64,000 nucleotides of DNA from Micromonosporaceae bacterium. GTDB taxonomy: Bacteria > Actinomycetota > Actinomycetes > Mycobacteriales > Micromonosporaceae. The notes beneath the pieces were generated by a model. That model was not told the DNA's origin and searched no databases. It saw nothing but the letters and a program-made list of their open reading frames with translations. The translations under genes and the position numbers were made by a program. This document shows positions 19,183 to 27,570 of the stretch, piece after piece. Each line of letters starts with the position of its first letter. Positions within the stretch are counted from its first letter, which is position 1. The stretch is from positions 163 to 64,162 of the forward strand of contig DASXRQ010000253.1 of assembly GCA_036506495.1 (NCBI GenBank). The letters are read 5' to 3'.

Positions 19183-20250
19183 GTGCGCCTACCCGTCATG
19201 CCACCTGTCTCACCCATGCTCGCCAGGCCGGTCGGCGAGATCCCTCCAGGCCAGCTGTACGAACCGAAGTGGGACGGGTTCCGGTCGATCATCTTCCGGG
19301 ACGGCGACGAGGTGGAGATCGGTAGCCGGAACGAACGGCCGATGACCCGGTACTTCCCGGAGGTCGTCGCGGCGGTGTTGGCCACCTTTCCACGGCGTGC
19401 GGTGATCGACGGGGAGATCGTCGTCGCGGACACCGATCGCAACTGCCTCGACTTCGAGGCGTTGCAGCAACGGATCCATCCGGCCGTGAGCCGGGTGACG
19501 CTGCTCGCCGAGCAGACGCCGGCCAGCTTCATCGCGTTCGACCTGCTCGCCCTCGACGACACGGATCTCACCCAGGAGCCGCTGATCGAGAGGCGCGAGG
19601 CGCTCGAACGCGCTCTGAGCAGCGCCCAGCCGCCGATCTACCTCACGCCGGCGACACGGGACCCGGCAATCGCCCGCCGGTGGTTCGACCAGTTCGAGGG
19701 AGCCGGGCTCGACGGGCTGATCGCCAAGGGACTGGACCTGACCTACCAGCCGGACAAGCGGGTGATGAGCAAGGTCAAGCACGTCCGCACCGCGGACTGC
19801 GTCGTCGCGGGATACCGGCTACACAAGTCGGGCGACGCCGCGATCGGCTCGCTCCTGCTCGGCCTGTACGACGAGCGCGGCGTGCTCGCCTCGGTCGGCG
19901 TGGTCGGGGCGTTCCCGATGGCGACGCGCAAGAGCCTCTTCGCCGAGCTGCAGCCGTTGGTTACGACGTTCGACGGCCACCCGTGGGACTGGGCGGCCCA
20001 CCTGGAGGGGGAGCGGACGCCGCGCAAGAACGAGGGCAGCCGGTGGAACGCGGGCAAGGACCTGTCGTTCGTGCCGCTCAGGCCCGAGCGGGTCGTCGAG
20101 GTGCGCTACGACTACATGGAGGGCGACCGGTTCCGGCACACGGCCCAGTTCGTCCGGTGGCGTACCGATCGCGAACCGACCTCCTGCACCTACGACCAGC
20201 TCGAACGGCCGGTTCGGTTCAATCTCGCGGATGTCCTCAGCGGCGGTTGA
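19183..20250 (+). CDS. ligC: ATP-dependent DNA ligase, LigC type
   Basis: VRLPVMPPVSPMLARPV...YEPKWDGFR (adenylation lysine motif KxDG) is collinear with mycobacterial LigC as I recall it. GTG 19183 chosen to match the MQLPVMPPVSPML-type N-terminus. Confidence 0.85.
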   Translation: MRLPVMPPVSPMLARPVGEIPPGQLYEPKWDGFRSIIFRDGDEVEIGSRNERPMTRYFPEVVAAVLATFPRRAVIDGEIVVADTDRNCLDFEALQQRIHPAVSRVTLLAEQTPASFIAFDLLALDDTDLTQEPLIERREALERALSSAQPPIYLTPATRDPAIARRWFDQFEGAGLDGLIAKGLDLTYQPDKRVMSKVKHVRTADCVVAGYRLHKSGDAAIGSLLLGLYDERGVLASVGVVGAFPMATRKSLFAELQPLVTTFDGHPWDWAAHLEGERTPRKNEGSRWNAGKDLSFVPLRPERVVEVRYDYMEGDRFRHTAQFVRWRTDREPTSCTYDQLERPVRFNLADVLSGG

Positions 20251-20316
20251 CGCACTCGCGGAGGGGGTGCCGCGCGACGGTCGGCGGGCCCGGTTACCCT
20301 CCTACCCCATGACGGG

Positions 20317-21696
20317 GTGGCGCTGGTGACGGGTCGGCGCCTGCTCACCGCCGTGATCGGCGCGGTGCTTGCCGCGCCGGCGGCGGCCGTTCCTCCGGCG
20401 GCTCCTGCCGCGGTTCTTCCCGCGGCCGCCCACGCCCGCGCGATTCGGCCCGCCACGCCGACGGCGGCGAAGGCGCCGGTGCCGTGCCCGACTCCCGCGC
20501 CGCTGCCGACCCCGCCGAACCGGCCGCCGGCGCCGTCACCGCCGGCCGGCGACCCCGTGCTGCGCTCCGTGGGCGGTCTGTCACTCGCGACCTCGGGCCT
20601 GACCGTTCCGCCCGGAGCGCCGCGACCGCCGGCCGTGTCGGCCACCTCGTGGCTGGTCGCCGACCTCGACAGCGGAGCCGTCCTCGGCGGGTGCGGCCCG
20701 CACGAGTACGGGACACCGGCCAGCGTGCAGAAGCTGCTGCTGGCCGCCACCCTCCTCCCGAAGCTGGACCCGCGGCAGGTGGTCACCGTGACTCGGGCGG
20801 ACATGGACTTCGAATCGGGCAGCTCCTCGGTCGGCCTGCTCGTCAACGGGCGCTACTCGGTGGAGACGCTCTGGCTGGGCCTGCTCCTCAACTCTGGTAA
20901 CGACGCGGCCAACGTGCTGGCCCGCGTCGGCGGTGGCAGCGCGGGTGTCGCCGGCACGGTCCGGGCGATGAACGAGGAGGCGCAGCGCCTGGGTTCATTC
21001 CAGACCCACGCGGTGACGCCGTCCGGGCTCGACGCCCCGGGACAATTCACCAGCGCGTACGACCTCGCGCTGATAGCGCGGGCGTGCTTCGCCGATGCGA
21101 GGTTCCGGCGGTACGCAGCGACCGAACGTGCGCAGATACCGGCCCAGCCGCCGATGGACAAGAGGGGCTTTCAGATCCAGAACGAGAACCAGCTCCTCCT
21201 CCGGTATCCCGGAGCGCTGGGCGGCAAGACCGGCTTTACGAACCTGGCCCGGCACACGTATGTCGGCGCGGCTGAGCGGAACGGACGCCGGCTCGTCGTC
21301 ACGCTGCTCGGGGCGGAGGCCAGGCCGCTGCGAGGCTGGCAGCAGGGCGCTGCCCTGCTCGACTGGGGCTTCACGCAGCCCGGCGACCTGTCGGTCGGCC
21401 GGCTGGTCGCGCCCGGTGAAGCGACTCCGTTCCCTGCGTCGACGCCGACCGGCGTCGCGGGCATCGGCGGCGCACCGGCCGGCCGGTCACCGGCCGCTCC
21501 GGCCGAGGGCCTGGCCGGGGTCGGGGTGACCAGGGCATGGCCCGTAATCGCGGTCGGTCTGGTCCTGGCCGCAACCCTGCTCCTGCCGATCATGGCGGCG
21601 CGACGTCGACGTCGGCGGCTGGCCGCACGTCGTCGCGCGCGAGCGCCGCACGGGAGGCGGCCGGGGGAGCGGCAGGCGGGGGCGCGGTTGCCCTAG
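20317..21696 (+). CDS. D-alanyl-D-alanine carboxypeptidase (S11 serine peptidase) with Pro/Ala-rich N-terminal linker and C-terminal TM anchor
   Basis: Motifs SVQK (SxxK), SGN and KTG are present. Signal peptide present. C-terminal hydrophobic helix followed by an Arg-rich tail. Confidence 0.8.
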   Translation: MALVTGRRLLTAVIGAVLAAPAAAVPPAAPAAVLPAAAHARAIRPATPTAAKAPVPCPTPAPLPTPPNRPPAPSPPAGDPVLRSVGGLSLATSGLTVPPGAPRPPAVSATSWLVADLDSGAVLGGCGPHEYGTPASVQKLLLAATLLPKLDPRQVVTVTRADMDFESGSSSVGLLVNGRYSVETLWLGLLLNSGNDAANVLARVGGGSAGVAGTVRAMNEEAQRLGSFQTHAVTPSGLDAPGQFTSAYDLALIARACFADARFRRYAATERAQIPAQPPMDKRGFQIQNENQLLLRYPGALGGKTGFTNLARHTYVGAAERNGRRLVVTLLGAEARPLRGWQQGAALLDWGFTQPGDLSVGRLVAPGEATPFPASTPTGVAGIGGAPAGRSPAAPAEGLAGVGVTRAWPVIAVGLVLAATLLLPIMAARRRRRRLAARRRARAPHGRRPGERQAGARLP

Positions 21697-22373
21697 GCGG
21701 TCGGTCCGCGCGACCCGCCGGCGGCGGGCGGGGCGGCCAGCTCGACGCAGCACATGCCCGGCCGGGGCGCCAACCGCGCCTCGAGGCCGCCGGGACCGAA
21801 CTCCTCGACGAGCCCGGCGAGAAACGCGTGGTTGAGGCCGCACACCAGCGCGGTGTGGCGCGTGGCCAGGGACCGGAACGGACAGTTGTCCAGCAGCACC
21901 CGACCGTCGGTCGACCGCCGCGGTTCGAACCCGAGGCCCTCCAGCGCGACATCTATCTCGCGGTCACCCTCGGACAGTTCGGCACCGACCTCCCGGCCGC
22001 GCCGGCGGGCGTGTCGCCGAGCGGCGTCGTCGGCTCGGCTCGGATCCTCGGCGACGGCGTCGGCGAGGATCTCGGCCATCAGCTCGTATCGGCGTTCCGG
22101 GATGGTGACCCGTACCCCGTCGCCGGTTGGCTCGTACACCTTCGGCGCCCGGCCCCGGCCCCGGGGTTGGTCGGGTGGGGGCGCATACCGGGCCCGCAGG
22201 AGGCCGGCGTCGACGAGCTTGTCCAGGTGGAAGGCCGCGAGACCGCGGGACATGCCGGCGGCCTCGGCGGCCTCTTCCCGGCTGACCGCATGATCCTGGT
22301 GGCGCACATAGTCGTAAAGCGCCCGCCGTGATCGGTCGGCGAGCGTAGTGACGGCGCCCCAGTGGTCACCCAC
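21693..22373 (-). CDS. ArsR/TrmB-like winged-helix transcriptional regulator with Cys-containing C-terminal domain
   Basis: GTG 22373. HTH region RRALYDYVRHQDHAVSREEAAEAAGMSRGLAAFHLDKLVDAGLL. C-terminal part contains CPF...CGLNHAF. The longer ORF to 22613 is rejected. Confidence 0.7.
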   Translation of the reverse strand: MGDHWGAVTTLADRSRRALYDYVRHQDHAVSREEAAEAAGMSRGLAAFHLDKLVDAGLLRARYAPPPDQPRGRGRAPKVYEPTGDGVRVTIPERRYELMAEILADAVAEDPSRADDAARRHARRRGREVGAELSEGDREIDVALEGLGFEPRRSTDGRVLLDNCPFRSLATRHTALVCGLNHAFLAGLVEEFGPGGLEARLAPRPGMCCVELAAPPAAGGSRGPTA

Positions 22374-22478
22374 GGCATCGAGATTATCACTAGCGCGCGC
22401 TGTTGAAATTTCTGCGGAGGGGGTACAGCATGTGGAATAGCGGTAGCGACGGTTGGTGAAAATGGATGGGGTGGTCCC

Positions 22479-23009
22479 GTGGAGCCCAGGGAGCAGGCCA
22501 AACGGCCGGTGACGGCACTCGCCGGCCCGTACGGACATCCGCTGCACCCCGCCCTGGTGGCGGTGCCGATCGGGGCGTGGATCGCGAGCTTCGTCTTCGA
22601 CGTCGCCTCGCACATCGTCGACGACGGCCGGTTCCTGGCGGAGGGTTCGCGGTGGCTGATCGGCGTCGGGGTGCTCGGAGCCCTCGCGGCTGCCTCAGTC
22701 GGCTTCCTGGACCTACTGGCCATCCCGACGGGCACCCGGGTGTTCCGCACGGCCCTGGTGCACATGAGCATCAACCTGACGGTCACCGCCGCGTACGTCG
22801 TGGGCTTCGTAATCCGCGGTAGCCACCCGAACTCGCCGGTGCCGTTCGGACCCCTCGCGCTCTCCGCCGTCGCCCTGGCCGCGCTGACGGTCTCCGGTTA
22901 TCTCGGCGGCGAGCTTGCGTACCGCTACGGCGTGCGCGTGGCCGACGAGGGCACGCAGGCGGTGGGGTACCGCGCCCGAACGTCCCCCAATCCCAAGGAG
23001 AGGTCCTGA
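22479..23009 (+). CDS. DUF2231 domain membrane protein
   Basis: 176 aa with GHPLHPALVAVPIGAW typical of DUF2231 and 4 predicted TM helices. Stop overlaps the next start (TGATG). Confidence 0.75.
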   Translation: MEPREQAKRPVTALAGPYGHPLHPALVAVPIGAWIASFVFDVASHIVDDGRFLAEGSRWLIGVGVLGALAAASVGFLDLLAIPTGTRVFRTALVHMSINLTVTAAYVVGFVIRGSHPNSPVPFGPLALSAVALAALTVSGYLGGELAYRYGVRVADEGTQAVGYRARTSPNPKERS

Positions 23010-23404
23010 TGGCTGTCGCCGCACTGATCACCTGGCTCATCACCGCCGCTGGCGGGTTCGTCCTGCTCGGTACCTGGATCGCCCGGGGCGGCCATCGGCC
23101 GGGCAGCCAAACCCGGCTGGCGCCCGGTCTCGTGTTCGGACACTTCGCGCTGGCCGTGATCGGTCTCGTGCTGTGGATCGTCTACGTCGCCAGCGACGCG
23201 GAGGCGCTCAGCTGGGTCGCCTTCATCGTCCTGCTGCCCGTCGCGCTGCTCGGCTTCACCATGTTCGCCCGCTGGCTCCCCGCACGCAGGACGGGCACCG
23301 CGGAGTCACGCTTCCCGGTGCCCATCGTGGCCGGCCATGGCCTGCTGGCCGCCACCCCTCTCGTGCTCGTGCTGCTGACCGCGCTCGGCGTCGGGGAGAG
23401 CTGA
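23009..23404 (+). CDS. Hypothetical 4-TM membrane protein
   Basis: 131 aa, hydrophobic. Translationally coupled on both sides (TGATG upstream; TGA-c-GTG downstream). Confidence 0.6.
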   Translation: MAVAALITWLITAAGGFVLLGTWIARGGHRPGSQTRLAPGLVFGHFALAVIGLVLWIVYVASDAEALSWVAFIVLLPVALLGFTMFARWLPARRTGTAESRFPVPIVAGHGLLAATPLVLVLLTALGVGES

Positions 23405-23405
23405 C

Positions 23406-24005
23406 GTGACGGTCACGCCATTGAGGGTGGCGCAGCGCCGGCCGCGGCGGAATGTCGCCGCCGCGGAACGGGCCGCTGCCGCCTTTCTCACCGCCCTCGG
23501 GGTCGATCTCGACTCCGAGGGCCTGGCCGACACGCCGGCGCGAATGGCCCAGGCGTACGCCGAGCTGCTCACGCCGCGTGAGTTCCGGCTGACCACGTTC
23601 GCGAACGGCGAGGGGTACGACGAGCTCGTGCTGGCCCGGGACATCCCGATCCGATCGGTCTGCGAACACCACCTGCTGCCGTTCGTCGGTGTCGCGCACG
23701 TCGGTTACCTCCCCGGAGAACGCATCCTCGGACTGTCGAAGCTCGCCCGGGTGGTCGAGCTGTTCGCGCACGGTCCTCAGGTCCAGGAGCGCCTGACCAA
23801 GCAGATCGCCGACTGGCTGACGACCCACCTGGCACCCAAGGGCGTCGGTGTCGTCATCGAGGCCGAACACCTGTGCATGACGCTGCGCGGCGTCAAGGCG
23901 GTCGGTGCGACGACCATCACGTCGACCCTGCTCGGCGCCTTGCGCGACGACGCCCGCTCACGCGGGGAGTTCTTCGCGTTGGCCGGCCTCGGCAGCCGCG
24001 GGTAA
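23406..24005 (+). CDS. folE: GTP cyclohydrolase I (FolE type I)
   Basis: 199 aa with motifs GLADTPARMAQAY, SVCEHHLLPF, QVQERLT and IEAEHLCM. Confidence 0.9.
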   Translation: MTVTPLRVAQRRPRRNVAAAERAAAAFLTALGVDLDSEGLADTPARMAQAYAELLTPREFRLTTFANGEGYDELVLARDIPIRSVCEHHLLPFVGVAHVGYLPGERILGLSKLARVVELFAHGPQVQERLTKQIADWLTTHLAPKGVGVVIEAEHLCMTLRGVKAVGATTITSTLLGALRDDARSRGEFFALAGLGSRG

Positions 24006-24126
24006 CGACCGGGACAGCCAACCAGCAGCGGCGAGACCAGGCCTTGGCGTGTCCCGCCGGCCAGGGCCCCGAACGCTCCAACGTCGGCGGGGTTGGCGGC
24101 CAGCGGAGGCGGTCGGCCTAGCGGTC

Positions 24127-24166
24127 GGGGAACGGACGCGGTGCTTCAGGCCCTCGTCCGTTCCCC
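24127..24166 (+). terminator. Strong hairpin (12-bp perfect stem, 16-nt loop) about 120 nt downstream of folE
   Basis: ggggaacggacg (24127-24138) pairs with cgtccgttcccc (24155-24166). No U-tract follows, so the terminator role is tentative. Confidence 0.3.
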
Positions 24167-24450
24167 AACCGCGTCCGCCAGGCATCCGTTACCGGACAAG
24201 GCGACCCAAAAGGCCGCCGGCATCGGGCGACGAGCGCGCGCAGGCCGCGCGAGCCGCGCCCCGCGAGATTTCGAGTCAACTACACGGAAACTGCGCCGTC
24301 GACGCGATGAGAGACCCCCACTCCCGTGTAATTCAGTGGATCCGCCGGCCCGGCCCGCGTGTAATGTCCCGGCGTGACCAAAGACTGGAACCCCGCGCGT
24401 ATCGATGGCGCCCTCGGCAAGTAGGCGTCCCGGACGCGAAGGGACCGCTC

Positions 24451-25149
24451 GTGACTGATTACTCGGATCAGCGTTGGCTGGCCGCGGCGTGGCCAAGCGT
24501 CCGGCGCCATCTGCCGCCGCCGCCCGCGCGGGTACTCGACGTCGGTTGTGGCCCGCTCGGCGGATTCGTGCCGGCGCTGCGGGCCCAGGGTTACGACGCC
24601 GAGGGCATCGACCCCGAGGCGCCGGAAGGCCCGCACTACGTCCGGATCGAGTTCGAGGATTACGCGGCGACGCGCCCGGTCGCCGCCGTGGTGGCGTCCA
24701 CCTCGCTGCACCACGTGGCCGATCTCGACGACGTCGCCGCCCGCATGGCGGCGGCCCTGGCGTCCGACGGCGTACTGGTGGTGCTGGAGTGGGCGTGGGA
24801 GCGGTTCGACGACGCCACCGCACGATGGTGCTTCGCCCGGCTCGCGGAGGACGACGCGGGCTGGCTGCATCGGCACCGCGACAACTGGATCGCGTCCGGC
24901 CAGTCGTGGGAGGCCTACCTTGGCACGTGGGCGGCGAACGAGGGCCTGCACACCGGTGCGGAGGTCATACGGGTGCTGCGCACACGGTTCGACACCCAGC
25001 TGCTCGCCGACGGGCCCTACCTCTTCGCCGACCTCGAGGGTGTCGCACCCGCCGACGAGCAGGCCGCCGTGGACGCCGGCCGCATTCGTGCCGTCGGCAT
25101 CACGTACGTGGGTCGGCCGCGGGCGGCGGGTGCGGTGCGTGACGGTTGA
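24451..25149 (+). CDS. Class I SAM-dependent methyltransferase
   Basis: GTG 24451. Motif I VLDVGCGPLGG. The upstream part of the 23905 ORF is rejected as Arg/Pro-rich shadow sequence. Confidence 0.7.
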   Translation: MTDYSDQRWLAAAWPSVRRHLPPPPARVLDVGCGPLGGFVPALRAQGYDAEGIDPEAPEGPHYVRIEFEDYAATRPVAAVVASTSLHHVADLDDVAARMAAALASDGVLVVLEWAWERFDDATARWCFARLAEDDAGWLHRHRDNWIASGQSWEAYLGTWAANEGLHTGAEVIRVLRTRFDTQLLADGPYLFADLEGVAPADEQAAVDAGRIRAVGITYVGRPRAAGAVRDG

Positions 25150-25756
25150 ACGGCTTGCCGAGCAGGTGGCGGCTCTCGACGAGCGCCAGCGTCACCCGGG
25201 CGGCTCGTTCGGCCGCCAGTTCGACGACTTCCTCACCGTGGCCTAAGTCGCCGTCGAGGAGCAACATGGCGTGGCCGTGAGCGGCGGCCTCGACGGCCAC
25301 CGCGAGCTCTCCGGCTGTGGCGTCGCCACCGGCCAGCGCTCGTACGCAGTCGAGCACGGCGTCGGTGAGGGGCCGTTCGGCGTCCTTGACCTCGGGGTGG
25401 CGATCCTTGTCGACGCCAGCTCCGAAGATCACGTCGAAGAGCGGCCTGTTGGTGCCGGCGAAACGCACGTAGGCCCGGGCGATCGCGGCCAGCCGACGGG
25501 CGGGCGCCCGGAACGGCTTCATCTGCGGCCGGAGCTGCGAGAGGAACACGTGGTACGCGTGCACGGCGACGGCGGCCAGCAGCTCCTCACGGTCGGCGAA
25601 GTGCGCGTACGGGGCGCTGACCGCGACGCCCAGCCGCCGGCTTGCCTCGGCGACGGAGAAGCCGCGGACGCCCCGCTCATCGATGAGCTCGATGGCGGTG
25701 TCGATTAGGGCCATCCGGAGGTCGCCGTGGTGGTATCGGCCACCCTTGGGCGTCAC
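25100..25756 (-). CDS. TetR/AcrR family transcriptional regulator
   Basis: 218 aa with N-terminal HTH (ALIDTAIELIDERGVRGFSVAEASRRLGVAVSAPYAHF). Confidence 0.85.
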   Translation of the reverse strand: MTPKGGRYHHGDLRMALIDTAIELIDERGVRGFSVAEASRRLGVAVSAPYAHFADREELLAAVAVHAYHVFLSQLRPQMKPFRAPARRLAAIARAYVRFAGTNRPLFDVIFGAGVDKDRHPEVKDAERPLTDAVLDCVRALAGGDATAGELAVAVEAAAHGHAMLLLDGDLGHGEEVVELAAERAARVTLALVESRHLLGKPFNRHAPHPPPAADPRT

Positions 25757-25782
25757 GTCTCCTCCGTCGAGGCGAGGAAGCT

Positions 25783-25843
25783 ATCTGATCGCTACTCAGA
25801 ATCTGATGGGCGTTAAGATAACCGACCGTGTGCCCCGCGTCAA
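25783..25843 (-). promoter_or_regulatory. Candidate promoter and operator upstream of the TetR gene
   Basis: On the minus strand: TTGACG (25843-25838), 17-nt spacer, TATCTT (25820-25815). Just downstream, ATCAGAT occurs twice 11 nt apart within 25783-25807. Confidence 0.3.
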
Positions 25844-25856
25844 GTGTTCGACGCAC

Positions 25857-26264
25857 CTAACGAGTCGATGTCGACGCGCGCTGCAGGACCACGACCGGTA
25901 TCTCGCGGCCCGCCCGCCGCTGATACCGGTCGTAGTCGGGCCACATGTCGGCCATCATGCGCCAGAGCCGGTCCCGCTCCCGTCCGGTCGCCGTGCTGGC
26001 TCGTGCGGTGAAAGTCTCGGCGGCGACCTGCACGTACACCTCCGGGTTGGCGCGCAGGTTGAGGTACCAGTTGGGGTGGTGGGATTCGCCGCCGCTGGAG
26101 GCCACGACCACGTAGCGGCCCTGATCGCGACCGTAGATGAGGGCGGTCCGGCGGAGGATGCCCGACCGTCGACCGCGGGTGGTGAGCAGCAGGTTTGTGA
26201 CTCCCCACCGGCGGTGACCCTGACGGCCGTCGGTCGCCAGATAGCGACGGACGTGGTTGGCCAC
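25857..26264 (-). CDS. Deazaflavin (F420)-dependent nitroreductase family protein (DUF385)
   Basis: 135 aa with motifs LLLTTRGRRSG and HPNWYLNLRANP. Confidence 0.8.
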   Translation of the reverse strand: MANHVRRYLATDGRQGHRRWGVTNLLLTTRGRRSGILRRTALIYGRDQGRYVVVASSGGESHHPNWYLNLRANPEVYVQVAAETFTARASTATGRERDRLWRMMADMWPDYDRYQRRAGREIPVVVLQRASTSTR

Positions 26265-26301
26265 CCAGCCGATCGGGCTGTCGGTGATCTGTTCGTGCGG
26301 C

Positions 26302-26577
26302 CTAAAGGCTGATCACACCCGCGTGGTCGTCGATCTGGTCGGCGGTGTGATCGTCGAACCACATGCCGCCCGTGGCGAGATAGCGGAACCGGTGCTCGCC
26401 CGGCGGCAGGGCGATGGACACGCTCCGCGTCCCGTTGCGACGGGCGCGGAGTTGATGCCGGCCCGGCGTCCAGTCGTTGAAGGTGCCGACGACGCTCACG
26501 TCGCCGGGTGGTTCGTCCGTGGGCAGGGCAAACGTCACCCGGGTCTTCGGTCCGAACAGAGGCGACCGCTTGATCAT
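26302..26577 (-). CDS. Small isoamylase early-set / CBM48-like domain protein
   Basis: 91 aa from MIKRSPLF with the GTFNDWTP...FRYL motif typical of the AMPK-beta/CBM48 fold. The upstream ORF extension to 26682 was not used. Confidence 0.65.
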   Translation of the reverse strand: MIKRSPLFGPKTRVTFALPTDEPPGDVSVVGTFNDWTPGRHQLRARRNGTRSVSIALPPGEHRFRYLATGGMWFDDHTADQIDDHAGVISL

Positions 26578-26754
26578 CTTTGTGCTCCTCGTGACAGGTC
26601 TGTCCAGCATGTCCGGTGGCCACGGCGACACACCGCCCGACACGCGGACGACGCTGTGCCAATCCGCGCCGGGCCTTGACATGATCGTTCACAATCGATG
26701 GTCGTTCCAGGCGGCCACTGGAGGTCGCCGCGACGCAGCCGAAAGTGAGGTTCT

Positions 26755-27498
26755 ATGGTCGCCGATCCCGAACGACACAGACGCACGCGCCGAGGTATCG
26801 GGGTGGTCCTCCTCGCGACCGTGAGTGGTCTGCTTGTGTCCGCCGCGCCGGCGTACGCGGCCAACCAGACCGCTTCGCCGGTGGCGCGGGCCGCTACCAC
26901 CGTGCCGGAGTCCTCCGTCACGGCGACGGTCCGGCCCGTGCTGCGAATGGGTTCGCGCGGCACGGCCGTGACGGCCCTCCAGCAGCGGCTGACCGCACTG
27001 CACTATGACGTCGGCCCGATCGACGGGGACTTCGGGTCCCAGACGTACCACGGTGTCGTCGCGTTTCAGAAGGTCAACAACCTGATCCGCGACGGGATCG
27101 TCGGGCCCGTCACGTGGGCGGCGCTCGACCGGCCCCTGGTTCCGCGGCCGAAGCACTGGCACTCGGGGTACTCCGTCGAGGTCAACATCACCAAGCAGGT
27201 CGTATACCTGGCCCGCCAGGGCGCCGTGGTGCGCATCCTCGACTCGTCGACCGGCAAGGCGAGCACTCCGACACCGACCGGATCCTTCAGCGTGTACCGG
27301 CGCATCGACGGCTGGCGGCAGAGCTCGCTCGGCTGGCTGTGGCGGCCGAACTACTTCTACCGGGGCTTTGCCGTGCACGGCTCCACATCGGTTCCCACCT
27401 ACCCGGCGAGCCACGGCTGTGTGCGGGTGACCATCCAGGCGATGAACCGCCTGTGGCCACTGCTCCGCATCGGTACGCCGGTGCATCTCTACCGTTGA
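26755..27498 (+). CDS. L,D-transpeptidase with peptidoglycan-binding domain
   Basis: Signal peptide, PG_binding_1 motif (GSRGTAVTALQQRLTALHYDVGPIDGDFG) and YkuD catalytic motif HGSTSVPTYPASHGCVRV. Confidence 0.85.
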   Translation: MVADPERHRRTRRGIGVVLLATVSGLLVSAAPAYAANQTASPVARAATTVPESSVTATVRPVLRMGSRGTAVTALQQRLTALHYDVGPIDGDFGSQTYHGVVAFQKVNNLIRDGIVGPVTWAALDRPLVPRPKHWHSGYSVEVNITKQVVYLARQGAVVRILDSSTGKASTPTPTGSFSVYRRIDGWRQSSLGWLWRPNYFYRGFAVHGSTSVPTYPASHGCVRVTIQAMNRLWPLLRIGTPVHLYR

Positions 27499-27512
27499 CA
27501 GCGCCATTCGAT

Positions 27513-27539
27513 GTGGCCCTCGGCTTTCCCGGGGGCCAC
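27513..27539 (+). terminator. Hairpin downstream of the L,D-transpeptidase gene
   Basis: gtggccc (27513-27519) pairs with gggccac (27533-27539) around a 13-nt loop, starting 15 nt after the stop. Weak, with no U-tract. Confidence 0.25.
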
Positions 27540-27570
27540 GTCCGTGTGGTCCGTGCGTCGACGGGCCGTC

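Noticed and set aside
21915-21935. tRNA T-arm-like string (ggttcgaacc) and a similar one near 10410
   Set aside because: Both lie inside well-supported CDSs. They have no flanking acceptor or anticodon stem structure, so they are chance matches.
24093-24377. 94-aa ORF (and the 75-aa minus-strand ORF 23958-24185) in the long folE-methyltransferase gap
   Set aside because: The composition is Arg/Ala/Pro-rich. There is no RBS and no recognisable motif. The region is treated as non-coding pending transcript data.
23905-24450. N-terminal 182-codon extension of the methyltransferase ORF
   Set aside because: It overlaps the 3' end of folE and then crosses the hairpin-containing gap with Arg/Pro-rich sequence. 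Methyltransferase homology starts only after GTG 24451.
26578-26754. Possible cyclic-di-AMP (ydaO-type) riboswitch upstream of the L,D-transpeptidase gene
   Set aside because: Cell-wall enzymes in actinobacteria often carry this riboswitch. I could not find the conserved G-rich/ACGGGG-type core elements in the 177-bp spacer, so there is no support from sequence alone.
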